A DNA stretch of 44,127 nt from Rhodobacterales bacterium (GTDB taxonomy: Bacteria > Pseudomonadota > Alphaproteobacteria > Rhodobacterales > Rhodobacteraceae), in the NCBI GenBank assembly GCA_015654855.1, contig JAATGA010000295.1:1-44127 (forward strand), read 5' to 3'. Position numbers and translations under genes: made by a program. Below the pieces are notes generated by a model, which saw only the letters and a program-made list of their open reading frames with translations, did no database searches and was not told the origin of the DNA. Positions 17,376 to 27,263 of the stretch are shown piece by piece (the first letter of the stretch is position 1; every line of letters starts with the position of its first letter).

Positions 17376-19736
17376 TCAGCGCAGGATATTGTCGGACCAG
17401 CGCCGGCTGATATGCGGATGGTCGAGCACCGGCTCGATCCCGCAGGTCAGCGCCAGCACCTTCGGCGCCGTCAGCGGCAGTTGCTGCACCCTTTTGCCGG
17501 TGGCGTTGGCGATGGCGCAGGCCATGGTCGCGCCGCCGTTCATGATCGCGACCTCGGCGATGCCCTTGGTCCCCATCGGCCCGCAGGAGGGCGCGCCCTC
17601 GTAGAGGTCGATTTCGACCTTCACCGCATCCTGGGCGAGCGGCATGTGATAGGTCTCGAACCCGGTCTGTTCGATACCGCCATCGGCGCCGATCGTCACC
17701 GCCTCGTGGATGCCGTAACCGATGCCCTGGATCACCGCGCCCTGGATCTGGCCACGCACGGCGCGCGGGTTGATCGCCCGGCCCACATCCTGCACCACGC
17801 GATAGGCCAGCACCTCGGTTTCCCCGGTGTCGGGGTCGACGGCAACCTCGGCCTCATGCACGATGAAGACCGGCAGGTCCATCGCATCGAAGAAATGCCC
17901 CGCCGCACAGCCAGGCATGGCCTTGGCGCTTTGCGGTGCCGTAAACGCGCCGGAACCGGAGATCGGCCCTTTGGTCTGTTCGGCGCGGGCGATCACCGTC
18001 TCGATGGTCGTCCCCGATCCCGGCCGGTCCCGGATCTCGACCCGGCCGTTTCGCAGGACCAGATCGGCGGGCGGGGTCTGCAACAGCTCGGATGCGGTAT
18101 CGAGGAGCTTGTCTCGCACCACCTCGCAGGCGGCTGTGGCGGCGGCGCCCATGGAAACGACCGTGCGCCCTCCGCCGGTGCCCATATCATAGCCCGCCGC
18201 ATCGGTATCGGCGCCCTTCACGATCACCTTCGACGGATGGATGCCGAGGTTCGCCGCCACGATCTGCGGCACGCCCTGCGTGATCGAGCCCGATCCGATC
18301 TCGACGCTCGCGGTGATCAGCGTGACCGAGCCGTCGGCATTCAGGTTGATCGTCGCCGAGGACGGCCCGACGAAGATGTTCCAGGTGCCGACCGTTGTGG
18401 CGAGGCCGTAAAGCCTGTCGCCCGCGCGGTGTTCCCGGGTGCCGGTGCGTTCCCGCAGCGCCTCCATCCGGTCGAGCATCGGCCCCAGGACATCGCCCTC
18501 GAAGATCTGCCCGGTGGTGCCGGGATCGCCATCCGACAGCACGTTCAGCTTGCGGAAAGCCATCGGATCCATGCCGATCTTTTCGCAGATCTCATCGGTG
18601 TGCCGTTCCAGCGCGAAGGAATTGTAGGCGCCGTTGCAGGACCGGAACGCCCCGTTCGGTGGCGTGTTGGTATAGACCACGCGGCTCGACATCCGCACCG
18701 ACTCCAGCCGGTAGCCTGCGCCGAGCGTATGGGCCGTCATGGTCGACAGGAATATCTGCTCGCCGCCATAGGCCCCGGCATCCATCAGCACCACGGCCTC
18801 GCGCCCGGCGATCTTGCCTTCGGGCGTGATGGCCGAGCGGATCCAGATATCGGCGTTTTCCCGGCAAAGGCAGGTCTGCGTCTCTTCCTCGCGCGAGTTG
18901 ACGAGCGAGACGGTCCGCCCGGTCTTTTTCGCAAGGATCGCGGCCATGGGTTCGATCGAGGCGTCGAACTTCAGCCCAAAGGCCCCGCCGACCGGCGGCA
19001 CGGTCACGCGCACCTGCGAGGCATGGACCCCCATCACCCGTGCCGTCACGGCGCGAACCGTCCATGGCACCTGGGTCGAGGTGATCACATGGAACCGCCC
19101 GTCCTCGTAAGAGGCCACGGCCCCGCGCGGTTCAAAGGGAAAATGGCTCTGGCGGCCGACGCGGAAGCAGCTTTCGACCACGCTGACATCGGGGCGGGCG
19201 AAGGCTGCGTCGACATCGCCGCGCACGACCTTCCCCTCCCAGGCGATATTGCCGCCGCGCGCCACGCCGTCGACGATGCATTCGTAGCTTTTCCAGTCGG
19301 GGTGCAGCAGCGGCGCGCCGGGGGCCAGCGCCTCGGCCATGGTCAGGCAGGCGGGCATTTCCTCGGTCTCGACCACGACGACGGCGGCGGCGGCGCGGGC
19401 CTGTTCCAGCGTATCGGCGGCGATGGCGCAGATCGGCTCGCCAGGATAGCGGATCCGGTCGCGCACGAAAAGCGGCTGGTCCATGACACCCACGCCGTGA
19501 AGCTGCGGCGCGTCGGCGGCGGTGGCGATGCCACGGACGCCGCGCATCCTTGCCGCTGCCGAAGTGTCGATGCGCAGCACTTTGGCCGCGCCGCTCCCGG
19601 CCCGGACCACGACGGCCCGCAGCACGTCGGAACCGGCCATGTCGACCATGAACCGGGTGCGCCCGGTCACCTTGTCGCGTGCATCGCGGCGCGGCATGTC
19701 CATCACGGCAGTGCGGGGATCGACCTTCATATTCAT
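17376..19736 (-). CDS. xanthine dehydrogenase family protein, molybdopterin-binding (large) subunit
   Basis: 786 aa. The N-terminus RRDARDKVTGRTRF is typical of aldehyde oxidase/XDH a/b-hammerhead proteins. It overlaps the 2Fe-2S subunit gene by 4 nt. Confidence 0.9.
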   Translation of the reverse strand: MNMKVDPRTAVMDMPRRDARDKVTGRTRFMVDMAGSDVLRAVVVRAGSGAAKVLRIDTSAAARMRGVRGIATAADAPQLHGVGVMDQPLFVRDRIRYPGEPICAIAADTLEQARAAAAVVVVETEEMPACLTMAEALAPGAPLLHPDWKSYECIVDGVARGGNIAWEGKVVRGDVDAAFARPDVSVVESCFRVGRQSHFPFEPRGAVASYEDGRFHVITSTQVPWTVRAVTARVMGVHASQVRVTVPPVGGAFGLKFDASIEPMAAILAKKTGRTVSLVNSREEETQTCLCRENADIWIRSAITPEGKIAGREAVVLMDAGAYGGEQIFLSTMTAHTLGAGYRLESVRMSSRVVYTNTPPNGAFRSCNGAYNSFALERHTDEICEKIGMDPMAFRKLNVLSDGDPGTTGQIFEGDVLGPMLDRMEALRERTGTREHRAGDRLYGLATTVGTWNIFVGPSSATINLNADGSVTLITASVEIGSGSITQGVPQIVAANLGIHPSKVIVKGADTDAAGYDMGTGGGRTVVSMGAAATAACEVVRDKLLDTASELLQTPPADLVLRNGRVEIRDRPGSGTTIETVIARAEQTKGPISGSGAFTAPQSAKAMPGCAAGHFFDAMDLPVFIVHEAEVAVDPDTGETEVLAYRVVQDVGRAINPRAVRGQIQGAVIQGIGYGIHEAVTIGADGGIEQTGFETYHMPLAQDAVKVEIDLYEGAPSCGPMGTKGIAEVAIMNGGATMACAIANATGKRVQQLPLTAPKVLALTCGIEPVLDHPHISRRWSDNILR

Positions 19737-20218
19737 CGGGAAACGGCCTCCGCCGCCGGGGTTTCGGTTTCACGGATCGACATCACCGCGTCGATGATCC
19801 GTTCGTATCCGGTGCAGCGACACATATTGCCCGACAACGCCTCCTTTATCCCGGACCGGGTCGGAGCCGCGTTGCGCCGCAGGAAATCGGTCAGGGTGAT
19901 GACCATTCCCGGAAAGCACATGCCGCACTGAACGACATCATGTTCCAGAAAGGCGCGCTGGACGGGGTTCAGTTCTTCGGGCGGGGCGATCCCTTCGATG
20001 GTGACGATCTCTGCCCCTTCCAGCATCCCGATCGGGCGCTGGCACGATGGCACCGGCTCGCCGCCGACCATCACGGTGCAGGCCCCGCAGAAGCCCGCGC
20101 GGCAAACGCTTTTGGTCCCGGTCATCCGGCAGCCGTCGCGCAGAACGTCCAGCAGCGGCGTGCGCGGATCGCCCGCGAAATCGCGCCATTCGCCGTTCAG
20201 GGTGAATTCCACGGCCAT
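19733..20218 (-). CDS. (2Fe-2S)-binding small subunit of molybdenum hydroxylase
   Basis: 161 aa with the CRAGFCGAC and CGMCFPG...CRCTGY cysteine motifs. Confidence 0.9.
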   Translation of the reverse strand: MAVEFTLNGEWRDFAGDPRTPLLDVLRDGCRMTGTKSVCRAGFCGACTVMVGGEPVPSCQRPIGMLEGAEIVTIEGIAPPEELNPVQRAFLEHDVVQCGMCFPGMVITLTDFLRRNAAPTRSGIKEALSGNMCRCTGYERIIDAVMSIRETETPAAEAVSR

Positions 20219-20221
20219 GCC

Positions 20222-21088
20222 TCAGCCCTCCCTGCGGATCTGTTCAAAGGCCCGCCGCACCAGCACCGGCAGAACCTGAAGCCGATACCAGCCCGGCGCA
20301 TCGAGGGCCGAGACCGGCGTGAAATCAGCCGAAAACTCTGTCGCCAGCGCAGCCATCCCTGCGGGGTCCGGGGCCTGGCCGCGCGCGCGATCCTCGAAAC
20401 CCGCCCAACGTTTCGCATCCGCCTCGACCGCGCCGACGGCGAGGCGCAGATCGGCGATCCGGCCTTCCGCATCGGTCGCCATGGAAAGGCTGGCGATGGA
20501 AACGGGATAGTCGCGCGCGGGCGTCCGCGCATGGGCGGTGCGGAAACCGCTGCGGCCGAAGCGGACGGCAACGACCAGGAAAGGACCCGCCGCCCGGCGC
20601 ATCGCCATGAATTCCGTCATGTCGATGTTCCGCCGGCCTTCGGGGGTTGCCACCTCGACACGCGCGTCGAGGCACATCAGCGCCGGGATCAGATCGGCCG
20701 CGACAAAGCCCACCGCACAAAGATTGCCGCCGAGCGTCGCCAGTCTGCGGATACCCGGATTGGCCGAGGCGCCTGCCGCCACAGCCAACGCGCGCAGATC
20801 CGCCGCCTCGGGCAGGGCGCGGGCGATGCGGTCATGGCTTTCCATGGCGCCGATCCGGCCGGACAGGGCGCCGATTTCGACGCCGCGCAATTCGGCGATC
20901 CGGTTCAGCGCAACAAGACGGGCGGGCACCGGCTCGCCCCTGGTCGGGCCGCGCATGATCCAGGTGGCCCCGGCGATGGCGCGGGTGTCCGGCCCGCCGC
21001 CGGCGAGCAGTTCCAGCGCCTCATCGACCGTTTCGGGTGAGGTCAGGGGGGAAATCCCGGACTTGCGAGCGGTGCCCCAGGTCATCAT
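20222..21088 (-). CDS. FAD-binding (medium, CoxM/XdhB-like) subunit of molybdenum hydroxylase
   Basis: 288 aa. SPETVDEALELLA...AIAGATWIMR plus a later GGNL motif. ACAGGAGAC RBS upstream. First gene of the operon. Confidence 0.85.
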   Translation of the reverse strand: MMTWGTARKSGISPLTSPETVDEALELLAGGGPDTRAIAGATWIMRGPTRGEPVPARLVALNRIAELRGVEIGALSGRIGAMESHDRIARALPEAADLRALAVAAGASANPGIRRLATLGGNLCAVGFVAADLIPALMCLDARVEVATPEGRRNIDMTEFMAMRRAAGPFLVVAVRFGRSGFRTAHARTPARDYPVSIASLSMATDAEGRIADLRLAVGAVEADAKRWAGFEDRARGQAPDPAGMAALATEFSADFTPVSALDAPGWYRLQVLPVLVRRAFEQIRREG

Positions 21089-21355
21089 GCGCGCGCGTCT
21101 CCTGTAGGTTCAGACGAGGAGTTTGTGGCCGGATGGGGCGCAGGTCATGGCGATACGCGCCCAAATTCTTGTGCGGATGCGTCCATGACTGTGCAAACGG
21201 GCGTGATCTGCCCTGCAAACCATCATCGAGCCGGGCGCGAGGGTCCGAACACCGGCGATTGAATGGACAAAGACCGGCCCTTCGGGCGATTCTCGGCCAA
21301 CAGGCCGCCGAATCCCTGCGATCCTGCCCGGCCCAGGCCTGAGGGGGCTTTACCC

Positions 21356-22309
21356 ATGATCTCTGCTGCGCAACGACGGTGGACGGCGAACGGAACGGAC
21401 GAATGGCAAAGAGCGGTCTCGGCCGCTTATTTCGCGCTGGACATCGAAAGCCGGGATCGGGGCGCCTTTCGGGGCGATCTGGATATCTGGCGTTTTGGTC
21501 CCATCGACATCACGCTGATCCGCTGCGACAGCGTGCTTTATCGCCGCGCCCCCCGCCATCTGCGCGAAGAGAAGGACAGCTCGCTGCTGATCTCGGTCCC
21601 TTCGCGATCCGAGATCAACTTTCGCCAGTTCTCGCGCGAGGCGAAGTGCGGTCCAGGTGGGTTCGTGGTCGAACGCAGCGACGCGCCCTATGAATTCGCG
21701 CAGATGGCGGGCGATGTGCAATGGGTGGTCAAGGTGCCGACCGAAAGCCTGACGGCGCGGATCGGCGATCTGCAACGCTTCGTCGCGCTGAGCATCGACG
21801 CCCGGCAGGGTATCGCCTCCTATTTCCTGTCCAGCCTGCACAACGCGACCCGGCATATGGACGACCTGGATCGGGCGGGGCGTGACGGTGTAGGCCAGCA
21901 CCTGCTGGAAATGCTGAGCCTTGCGCTGCGCCAGGACGACCGGGTGCTCGCCAGCGACGGCAGCGTCGCGCGGACCGCGCATCTGCAACGCGCTCAGGAG
22001 TTCATCCGCGCCAATCTGAAAGCCGCAGATCTGTCGCCTCAGCGGGTCGCCGAGGCCTGCGGTCTGTCGCTGCGCTATCTGCAACGGTTGTTCGCCGGGG
22101 CGGATGAAACCGTCAGCGGCCATATCCGCGCCCTTCGGCTCGCCCGCTGCCAGGAAGATCTGCGCAATCCCGGGGTGCGCGACAGCGTGGCGCATATCGC
22201 CTATCGCTGGGGCTTTGCCGATCAGGCGCAGTTTGCCCGGCATTATCGCAGCCACTACGGCTGTTCGCCGCGCGAAACCCGTCGTCAGGCGCGGGCGGAA
22301 CGGGCCTGA
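21356..22309 (+). CDS. AraC-family transcriptional regulator
   Basis: C-terminal double HTH (PQRVAEACGLSLRYLQRLF ... IAYRWGFADQAQFARHYRSHYGCSPRE). ATG at 21356 with GAGGGGG RBS. Divergent from the Mo-hydroxylase operon. Confidence 0.8.
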   Translation: MISAAQRRWTANGTDEWQRAVSAAYFALDIESRDRGAFRGDLDIWRFGPIDITLIRCDSVLYRRAPRHLREEKDSSLLISVPSRSEINFRQFSREAKCGPGGFVVERSDAPYEFAQMAGDVQWVVKVPTESLTARIGDLQRFVALSIDARQGIASYFLSSLHNATRHMDDLDRAGRDGVGQHLLEMLSLALRQDDRVLASDGSVARTAHLQRAQEFIRANLKAADLSPQRVAEACGLSLRYLQRLFAGADETVSGHIRALRLARCQEDLRNPGVRDSVAHIAYRWGFADQAQFARHYRSHYGCSPRETRRQARAERA

Positions 22310-22319
22310 GAAAAAGAAA

Positions 22320-22342
22320 GCCCCGCCTTTCAGGGGCGGGGC
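22320..22342 (-). terminator. rho-independent terminator for the long minus-strand operon
   Basis: GCCCCGCC-TTTCAGG-GGCGGGGC is a perfect 8-bp GC stem. On the minus strand it is followed by TTTCTTTTTC. It lies between convergent genes (stops at 22309 and 22370). Confidence 0.65.
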
Positions 22343-22369
22343 AAGGCGCAGGGTGAAAGTCCGGGACCG

Positions 22370-22753
22370 TCAGCCGCCGTCCCCGACCCGCAGCAGCCGG
22401 TAGATTTTCGACGCGATGCGCCAGCCGTCGGCGGTGCGGATCAAGGTCAGGAAGTCGCAGAAGAACCGGGGCTGGACTGCGCTGTTCAGCGTGACGACCG
22501 CAAGGTCCGGGCCGTTCAGGTCGATCGACAAAAGCTCTCCGAACACCGGATGGCCTGCCGCTTCGGGCGACGGGCGGCCGGCCACGACTTCAAGATAGGC
22601 GGGCAGGGTCATATGGGCGTAATCGCCTTCGCCTTTCGCCTGGATAAGATCGCATTCCGGCAGGAAGATCCGGCCGATTTCCGCCACATCGCCGGCATGC
22701 AGCGCGGCGAAATAGCGGTCGACAAGGCGGGTTATGTCGCGGATGTTGTCCAT
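22370..22753 (-). CDS. NTF2-like (SnoaL/DUF4440-type) family protein
   Basis: MDNIRDITRLVDRYFAALHAGDVAEIGRIF...DGWRIASKIY is the typical NTF2-fold pattern. ATG at 22753 with AAGGGGGG RBS is preferred over the GTG at 22771. Confidence 0.7.
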   Translation of the reverse strand: MDNIRDITRLVDRYFAALHAGDVAEIGRIFLPECDLIQAKGEGDYAHMTLPAYLEVVAGRPSPEAAGHPVFGELLSIDLNGPDLAVVTLNSAVQPRFFCDFLTLIRTADGWRIASKIYRLLRVGDGG

Positions 22754-22767
22754 GGCGGGCCCCCTTG

Positions 22768-23481
22768 TCACGCAAGCGCGGTTTGCAGCGCCCGCGCCGC
22801 CCCGATTGCGCCGGGCGTATCGGAATGCACGCAGATGACATCGAAGCGCATCGGAAAATCGGTGCCGTCGACAGAGGCCACGACGCCTTCTTCCATTGCG
22901 CGTTTGCAGCGCGCGATCACACCCTCGGCCGTGACCTTCGGCGGCTGGCGCATGATGATCAGGCTGCCGTCGTCGCGATAGGGCAGATCGGCGTAAAGCT
23001 CGGCCACGAAGCCCACGCCGCGCGCCGTACAGATCGTTTCGTGCAGGGTGTTCGCCATACCGAAGACCGGAACGCCGAAGATCCCGGCGACATCGGCTAT
23101 GGCATGGGTGGTCTCCTCGTCCCAGGTCGCGACGCCGTAAAGCGCGCCATGCGGCTTAATGTGGTTCAGCGGCATTCCGTGCAGGTCGAGGAACCCCTTC
23201 AGCGCCGCAACCTGGTAGATCAGCAGGTCGCGCAACTCTTCGCGGGCGATCTTCATCTCGCGCCGGCCCCAGCCTTGCGCATCGGGAAAGGACGGATGGG
23301 CGCCGACGCGCACGCCGTTCGCTTTCGCCAGTTCCACCGTGCGGTTCATCACCGACGCATCGCCGGCATGGAAACCGCAGGCGACATTGGCGATCTGGAT
23401 ATGCTTCATCATCTCTGCATCGTCGCAGACCTGGTAGATGGCGAAGCCTTCGCCCATATCGCAGTTGATCTCGGGTTTCAT
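22768..23481 (-). CDS. pxpA: LamB/YcsF family protein (5-oxoprolinase subunit A-like), copy 1
   Basis: INCDMGEGFA ... ANVACGFHAGD ... GAHPSFPD ... IKPHGALY ... ICVHSDTPGA are the hallmark PxpA/LamB motifs. Confidence 0.9.
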   Translation of the reverse strand: MKPEINCDMGEGFAIYQVCDDAEMMKHIQIANVACGFHAGDASVMNRTVELAKANGVRVGAHPSFPDAQGWGRREMKIAREELRDLLIYQVAALKGFLDLHGMPLNHIKPHGALYGVATWDEETTHAIADVAGIFGVPVFGMANTLHETICTARGVGFVAELYADLPYRDDGSLIIMRQPPKVTAEGVIARCKRAMEEGVVASVDGTDFPMRFDVICVHSDTPGAIGAARALQTALA

Positions 23482-23541
23482 CGTATTGTCCTGACAGGAA
23501 AATTTCTGATCTGCGGGCGCATTGCGCCCGCAGGCGAAGCC

Positions 23542-24549
23542 TTAGCCGCGAACGATCAGGCGATAGCGCAACTGGTCGAAGATCACCGCCAGCACCAGAA
23601 GGATGCCGATCAGCACCATCTGCATATACGAGCTGATCTGGGCGAGGTTCATGCCGTTCTGCATCAGGATGATAAAGAACGCCCCCAGCATGACGTTTTC
23701 CACCCGGCCGATCCCGCCGCGCAGCGAGACGCCCGCGATGACGCAGGCGGCGATCGATTCCATTGCGATCGTGCCGCCCAGGTTCGCCTCGCCGCTTTCG
23801 ACGCGGGCGGTCAGCAGAAGGCCGGTCAGTGCCGCGAAAAGCGCACAGATCGCATAGACGAGGATCAGAACCTGTCGGGTGTTGATCGCGGACAGATGCG
23901 CGGCCTTGATATTGCCACCTACCGCATAGACACCCGCGCCGGCGCGGGTGCGCGCCATGAACAGCCACATGCCGACAATGGCGATCAGGGCGATCACCAC
24001 CGGAACGGGTGTGCCCAGGATGCGGCCGAAGCCGAAGGTGTCGGCAAAGGCGAAGGGCAGCCCGGAAACCGGCACGCCGCCGGTCAGGAACAGCGCAAGA
24101 CCCGTGCCGACAGACGACACGCCAAGCGTCATGATGAAGGGTGAAACTTCGAAAACCGCGACGCCGATACCGTTGATTGCCCCGACGATCAGCGCGACGC
24201 CAAAGCCCGCAAGCGCCCCCAGCAGGATCACCAGCCAGACCGCATCGGGAAAGACCGACGAGGCCCAGACCATGACCAGCGCCGAAATGACCGAGGACAG
24301 CGCGATCACCGTGCCGACGGACAGGTCAAACCCGCCCGAGATCAGCACGAGCATCTGCCCCAGCGAGACCAGCACCAGATAGACCGACTGCCGCGCCACG
24401 TTCATCAGGTTCTGCAACGACAGAAAGTTCGGCGACAGCATGGCAAAGACCACCACCGAGATCAGCAGGAAAAACGGCAGAACGCCAAGCTTCACAAAAA
24501 GGCGCACCGCAATCGACAGCACACCGGGGAGGGGTTTTGCCTCAGTCAT
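23542..24549 (-). CDS. ABC transporter permease (CUT2, RbsC-like)
   Basis: 335-aa polytopic membrane protein. ATGA overlap with the upstream ATPase gene. Confidence 0.9.
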   Translation of the reverse strand: MTEAKPLPGVLSIAVRLFVKLGVLPFFLLISVVVFAMLSPNFLSLQNLMNVARQSVYLVLVSLGQMLVLISGGFDLSVGTVIALSSVISALVMVWASSVFPDAVWLVILLGALAGFGVALIVGAINGIGVAVFEVSPFIMTLGVSSVGTGLALFLTGGVPVSGLPFAFADTFGFGRILGTPVPVVIALIAIVGMWLFMARTRAGAGVYAVGGNIKAAHLSAINTRQVLILVYAICALFAALTGLLLTARVESGEANLGGTIAMESIAACVIAGVSLRGGIGRVENVMLGAFFIILMQNGMNLAQISSYMQMVLIGILLVLAVIFDQLRYRLIVRG

Positions 24550-26066
24550 GCGAGGGCTCCTTGGGGTTCGGGTTGAGGTTGCGCGCGGTCGAAGAAATTG
24601 CGCAGGATCGTGTCCTCGGTCAGTTCCTCGCGCGTCAGCTCGGCGGTGATCCGGCCGTTGGCCAGCACGATGCCGCGATGGGCGAGGTTCATCACCTCGT
24701 GCAGGTCGGAGGAGATCAGGATCACCGCCTTGCCCTTCAGGGCCAACTCGGCGATCAGCTTATACAGCGCCGCGCGCGTGCCCATATCGACGCCCACCGA
24801 CGGTTCGTCGAAGATATAAAGATCGGCGTCATGGCCAAAGGCCTTGCCGAACAGCACCTTCTGCTGGTTGCCGCCCGACAGCTTTGCAACCGGACGGCTG
24901 CGATAGGATTCGGGCAGTTCGACATGGCCGAAGATCCGGGCCGCGCGTTCGCGCAGGCGGCGCAGGTTCAGAAGCGGGCCGCCTTCGAGCATCAGATCCA
25001 TGCGCAGGTTTTCGAACGGCCGTTCGGCCAGGATCAGCCCCTCATGCTTGCGGTCGGGCGACAGATACCAGGCGCCGGCCTTCACCATGGCGCGGGTCGG
25101 GGCGCCGGTCATATCCTGGCCCTTAAACCGCACCTTTCCGGCGCGCAGGGGGGCAAGCCCCATGATCGCCCGGAACAGCCGCGATTTGCCGGAACCGACA
25201 AGGCCCGCGACTCCCAGGATCTCGCCCCGTCGCACGGTGACGGATGCGCCGTGAACGCCGGGGGCTTCGATCCCCCCGGCCTCCAGCAGGATCTCACCAG
25301 GATTATGGGGGATGTCGGGATAGATGTTGCGGATCTCACGCCCGGCCATCATGTCGACCAGCCGCTCTTCGGTCATACCGGCCATGGCCTCGGTGCCGAT
25401 TTTCGTCCCGTCGCGCAGGACTGTGACGCGCTCCGCAATGCGGGAAAATTCATGGACGCGGTGCGAGATATAGATGATGCCCACGCCTTCGGATTTCAGC
25501 CGGGCGATCACGGCGAAAAGCTGATCGACCTCGCGGTCGGTCAGCGAGGCGGTAGGTTCGTCAAGGATCAGAACCGACAGGCCGCCACCCTGGACGGCCT
25601 TGGCGATCTCGACCATCTGCTGCTGCGCGCGCGACAGGCGGGCAACAACCGTATCGGGCGCAATGGCGAAGCCAAGTTCCGACAGGACGGCGCGCGCGCG
25701 GCGGCGCATCTCGCCCGGTGACAGAAAGGGGCCGGGGCCGGGTTCGCGGCCAAGGAACATGTTCTGCGCGACCGTCATGGTCGGGATCAGCGAAAATTCC
25801 TGAAAGACGGTATAGATGCCGCGTTCTTGCGCATCGGCGACAGAGGTCAGGCTGACGCCTTCACCGTTCATGATGATCTCACCCGAGGTCGGGGTGTTTG
25901 CTCCGGCAAGCAGCGAGATCATGGTCGATTTGCCCGCGCCGTTTTCGCCGAACAGCACATGGAGCTCGCCCGCGTGCAGATCGAAATCCACGGCGTTCAG
26001 CGCGAGCACGCCCGGCCAGGCCTTGGTCAGCCCCCGGGTCACAAGAAGGGGATGGGGTGTCGTCAC
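24546..26066 (-). CDS. sugar ABC transporter ATP-binding protein (two fused NBDs)
   Basis: GENGAGKST, LILDEPTASL, LSGGNQQK and IFDEPSVGVD motifs. Start set at the GTG at 26066 (VTTPHPLLVTRGL...) with GGAG 8 nt upstream. The track start at 26111 is also GTG but has no RBS. Confidence 0.85.
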   Translation of the reverse strand: MTTPHPLLVTRGLTKAWPGVLALNAVDFDLHAGELHVLFGENGAGKSTMISLLAGANTPTSGEIIMNGEGVSLTSVADAQERGIYTVFQEFSLIPTMTVAQNMFLGREPGPGPFLSPGEMRRRARAVLSELGFAIAPDTVVARLSRAQQQMVEIAKAVQGGGLSVLILDEPTASLTDREVDQLFAVIARLKSEGVGIIYISHRVHEFSRIAERVTVLRDGTKIGTEAMAGMTEERLVDMMAGREIRNIYPDIPHNPGEILLEAGGIEAPGVHGASVTVRRGEILGVAGLVGSGKSRLFRAIMGLAPLRAGKVRFKGQDMTGAPTRAMVKAGAWYLSPDRKHEGLILAERPFENLRMDLMLEGGPLLNLRRLRERAARIFGHVELPESYRSRPVAKLSGGNQQKVLFGKAFGHDADLYIFDEPSVGVDMGTRAALYKLIAELALKGKAVILISSDLHEVMNLAHRGIVLANGRITAELTREELTEDTILRNFFDRAQPQPEPQGALA

Positions 26067-26132
26067 GGGCGATGCTCCGGCGTTCGGGGTGCGCCCCTGC
26101 CGGGGGCGCACCGTTGCTCAGATCGCTAAGGC

Positions 26133-27200
26133 TCAGTTCACCGAGAAGACCGGCTGGAAGCTGTCCGGCGGCAGAACCGCATCGCGCGAGGTTTCGCCGA
26201 TATTGTCCTTGGTGATGACGAAGATCTTCGGCCCGACATGTTTGACGTAGGGTTTGCCTTCGAGGATGCGCACCGCCTGGTCGACCGCGATCCGGCCCTG
26301 GATGACCATGGAATCCGCCGGGGCCGCCTCGATAAAGCCGCGCTCGATCCCGGTGTAGACGCCCGGGGTCAGGTAGAAGGCCAGAACGCCCACGCTGTCG
26401 GTCAGACCGCGTTCACGCAGCAGGCCCGTCGAGGCCTCGGCCGTCACGGCGGTGCCGGCGATGTATTTGACCTCGGGGTTCGAGGCCAGAACGTCCTCGA
26501 CCAGCTTCAGCTGCGCTTCCTTGCCCGTGTCACCGTAGCGGGGTTCCAGCACTTTGACGGCCGAGCCTTTGACGGCCTCCATGAAGCCGGTGTTCGCGGC
26601 TTCGACCCAGCCGGCGCCGGCCGGGCCGGGGAACCAGCCGACGGTGACCTCTTCGGTCCCGGCGGGGTGTTTCGCGGCCAGGTATTTGCCGGTCTCGTTG
26701 CCCATGGTCCAGAACGATACCAGCGATTTCGCGGCGAGATCGGGCGAGGACATGCCGTTGATCACGTCGACGACGGGGATGCTCTTCGACGCCAGATCCT
26801 TCACCAGCGAGTTCAGACCGTCATAGGAAATCGCGCCGATCACCACGGCCTGCGCGCCACCGGCGACGCAATCCTCGATCTGGCTGATCTGGCTGGGCAG
26901 TTCGGTATAGCCGCCGGCATCCAGCACGTTCAGCTTCACACCCAGGCGTTTGGCCTCTTCGGTGACGCCATAGTCGACGCCCAGCCAGTAGGCGTCCTTC
27001 AGATGCGGGAAGGAAACGCAGACGTTCCAGGCCATCTCGGCCTTGGGCAGCGCCTCATAGGTCACCGGCGACGGCTTGCCGTCCGGCGAAAAGGCAGGGG
27101 TGATTTCCTCGGCCGGGTAGGGGAACCATTCGTCGGCCATGGCGGGCGCGGCGATCAGCGTGCTGCCCAGCAGGGCAAGGGCGATACGGGCATGTTTCAT
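26133..27200 (-). CDS. sugar ABC transporter substrate-binding protein
   Basis: Signal peptide MKHARIALALLGSTLIAAPAMA, followed by a type I periplasmic binding fold pattern. Confidence 0.9.
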   Translation of the reverse strand: MKHARIALALLGSTLIAAPAMADEWFPYPAEEITPAFSPDGKPSPVTYEALPKAEMAWNVCVSFPHLKDAYWLGVDYGVTEEAKRLGVKLNVLDAGGYTELPSQISQIEDCVAGGAQAVVIGAISYDGLNSLVKDLASKSIPVVDVINGMSSPDLAAKSLVSFWTMGNETGKYLAAKHPAGTEEVTVGWFPGPAGAGWVEAANTGFMEAVKGSAVKVLEPRYGDTGKEAQLKLVEDVLASNPEVKYIAGTAVTAEASTGLLRERGLTDSVGVLAFYLTPGVYTGIERGFIEAAPADSMVIQGRIAVDQAVRILEGKPYVKHVGPKIFVITKDNIGETSRDAVLPPDSFQPVFSVN

Positions 27201-27263
27201 CGTTCAGAGACCTCTCTGTTGGGATAGGGCGACGGATTGCGGATTGTCCGCTTGTTGTTGGGA

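Noticed and set aside
17283-19931. Very long ORFs antisense to, or out of frame with, recognised genes. Examples are 17283-19931 (882 aa), 233-1237, 7813-9195, 11831-13633, 22765-24144, 29162-30514, 35650-37167, 38668-39837, 39545-40894 and 41252-42448.
   Set aside because: Their products are Arg/Gly/Pro/Ala-rich and low-complexity with no motifs. Each lies opposite an ORF with clear family signatures and proper GC3 bias. Such shadow ORFs are expected in high-GC DNA because stop codons are rare.
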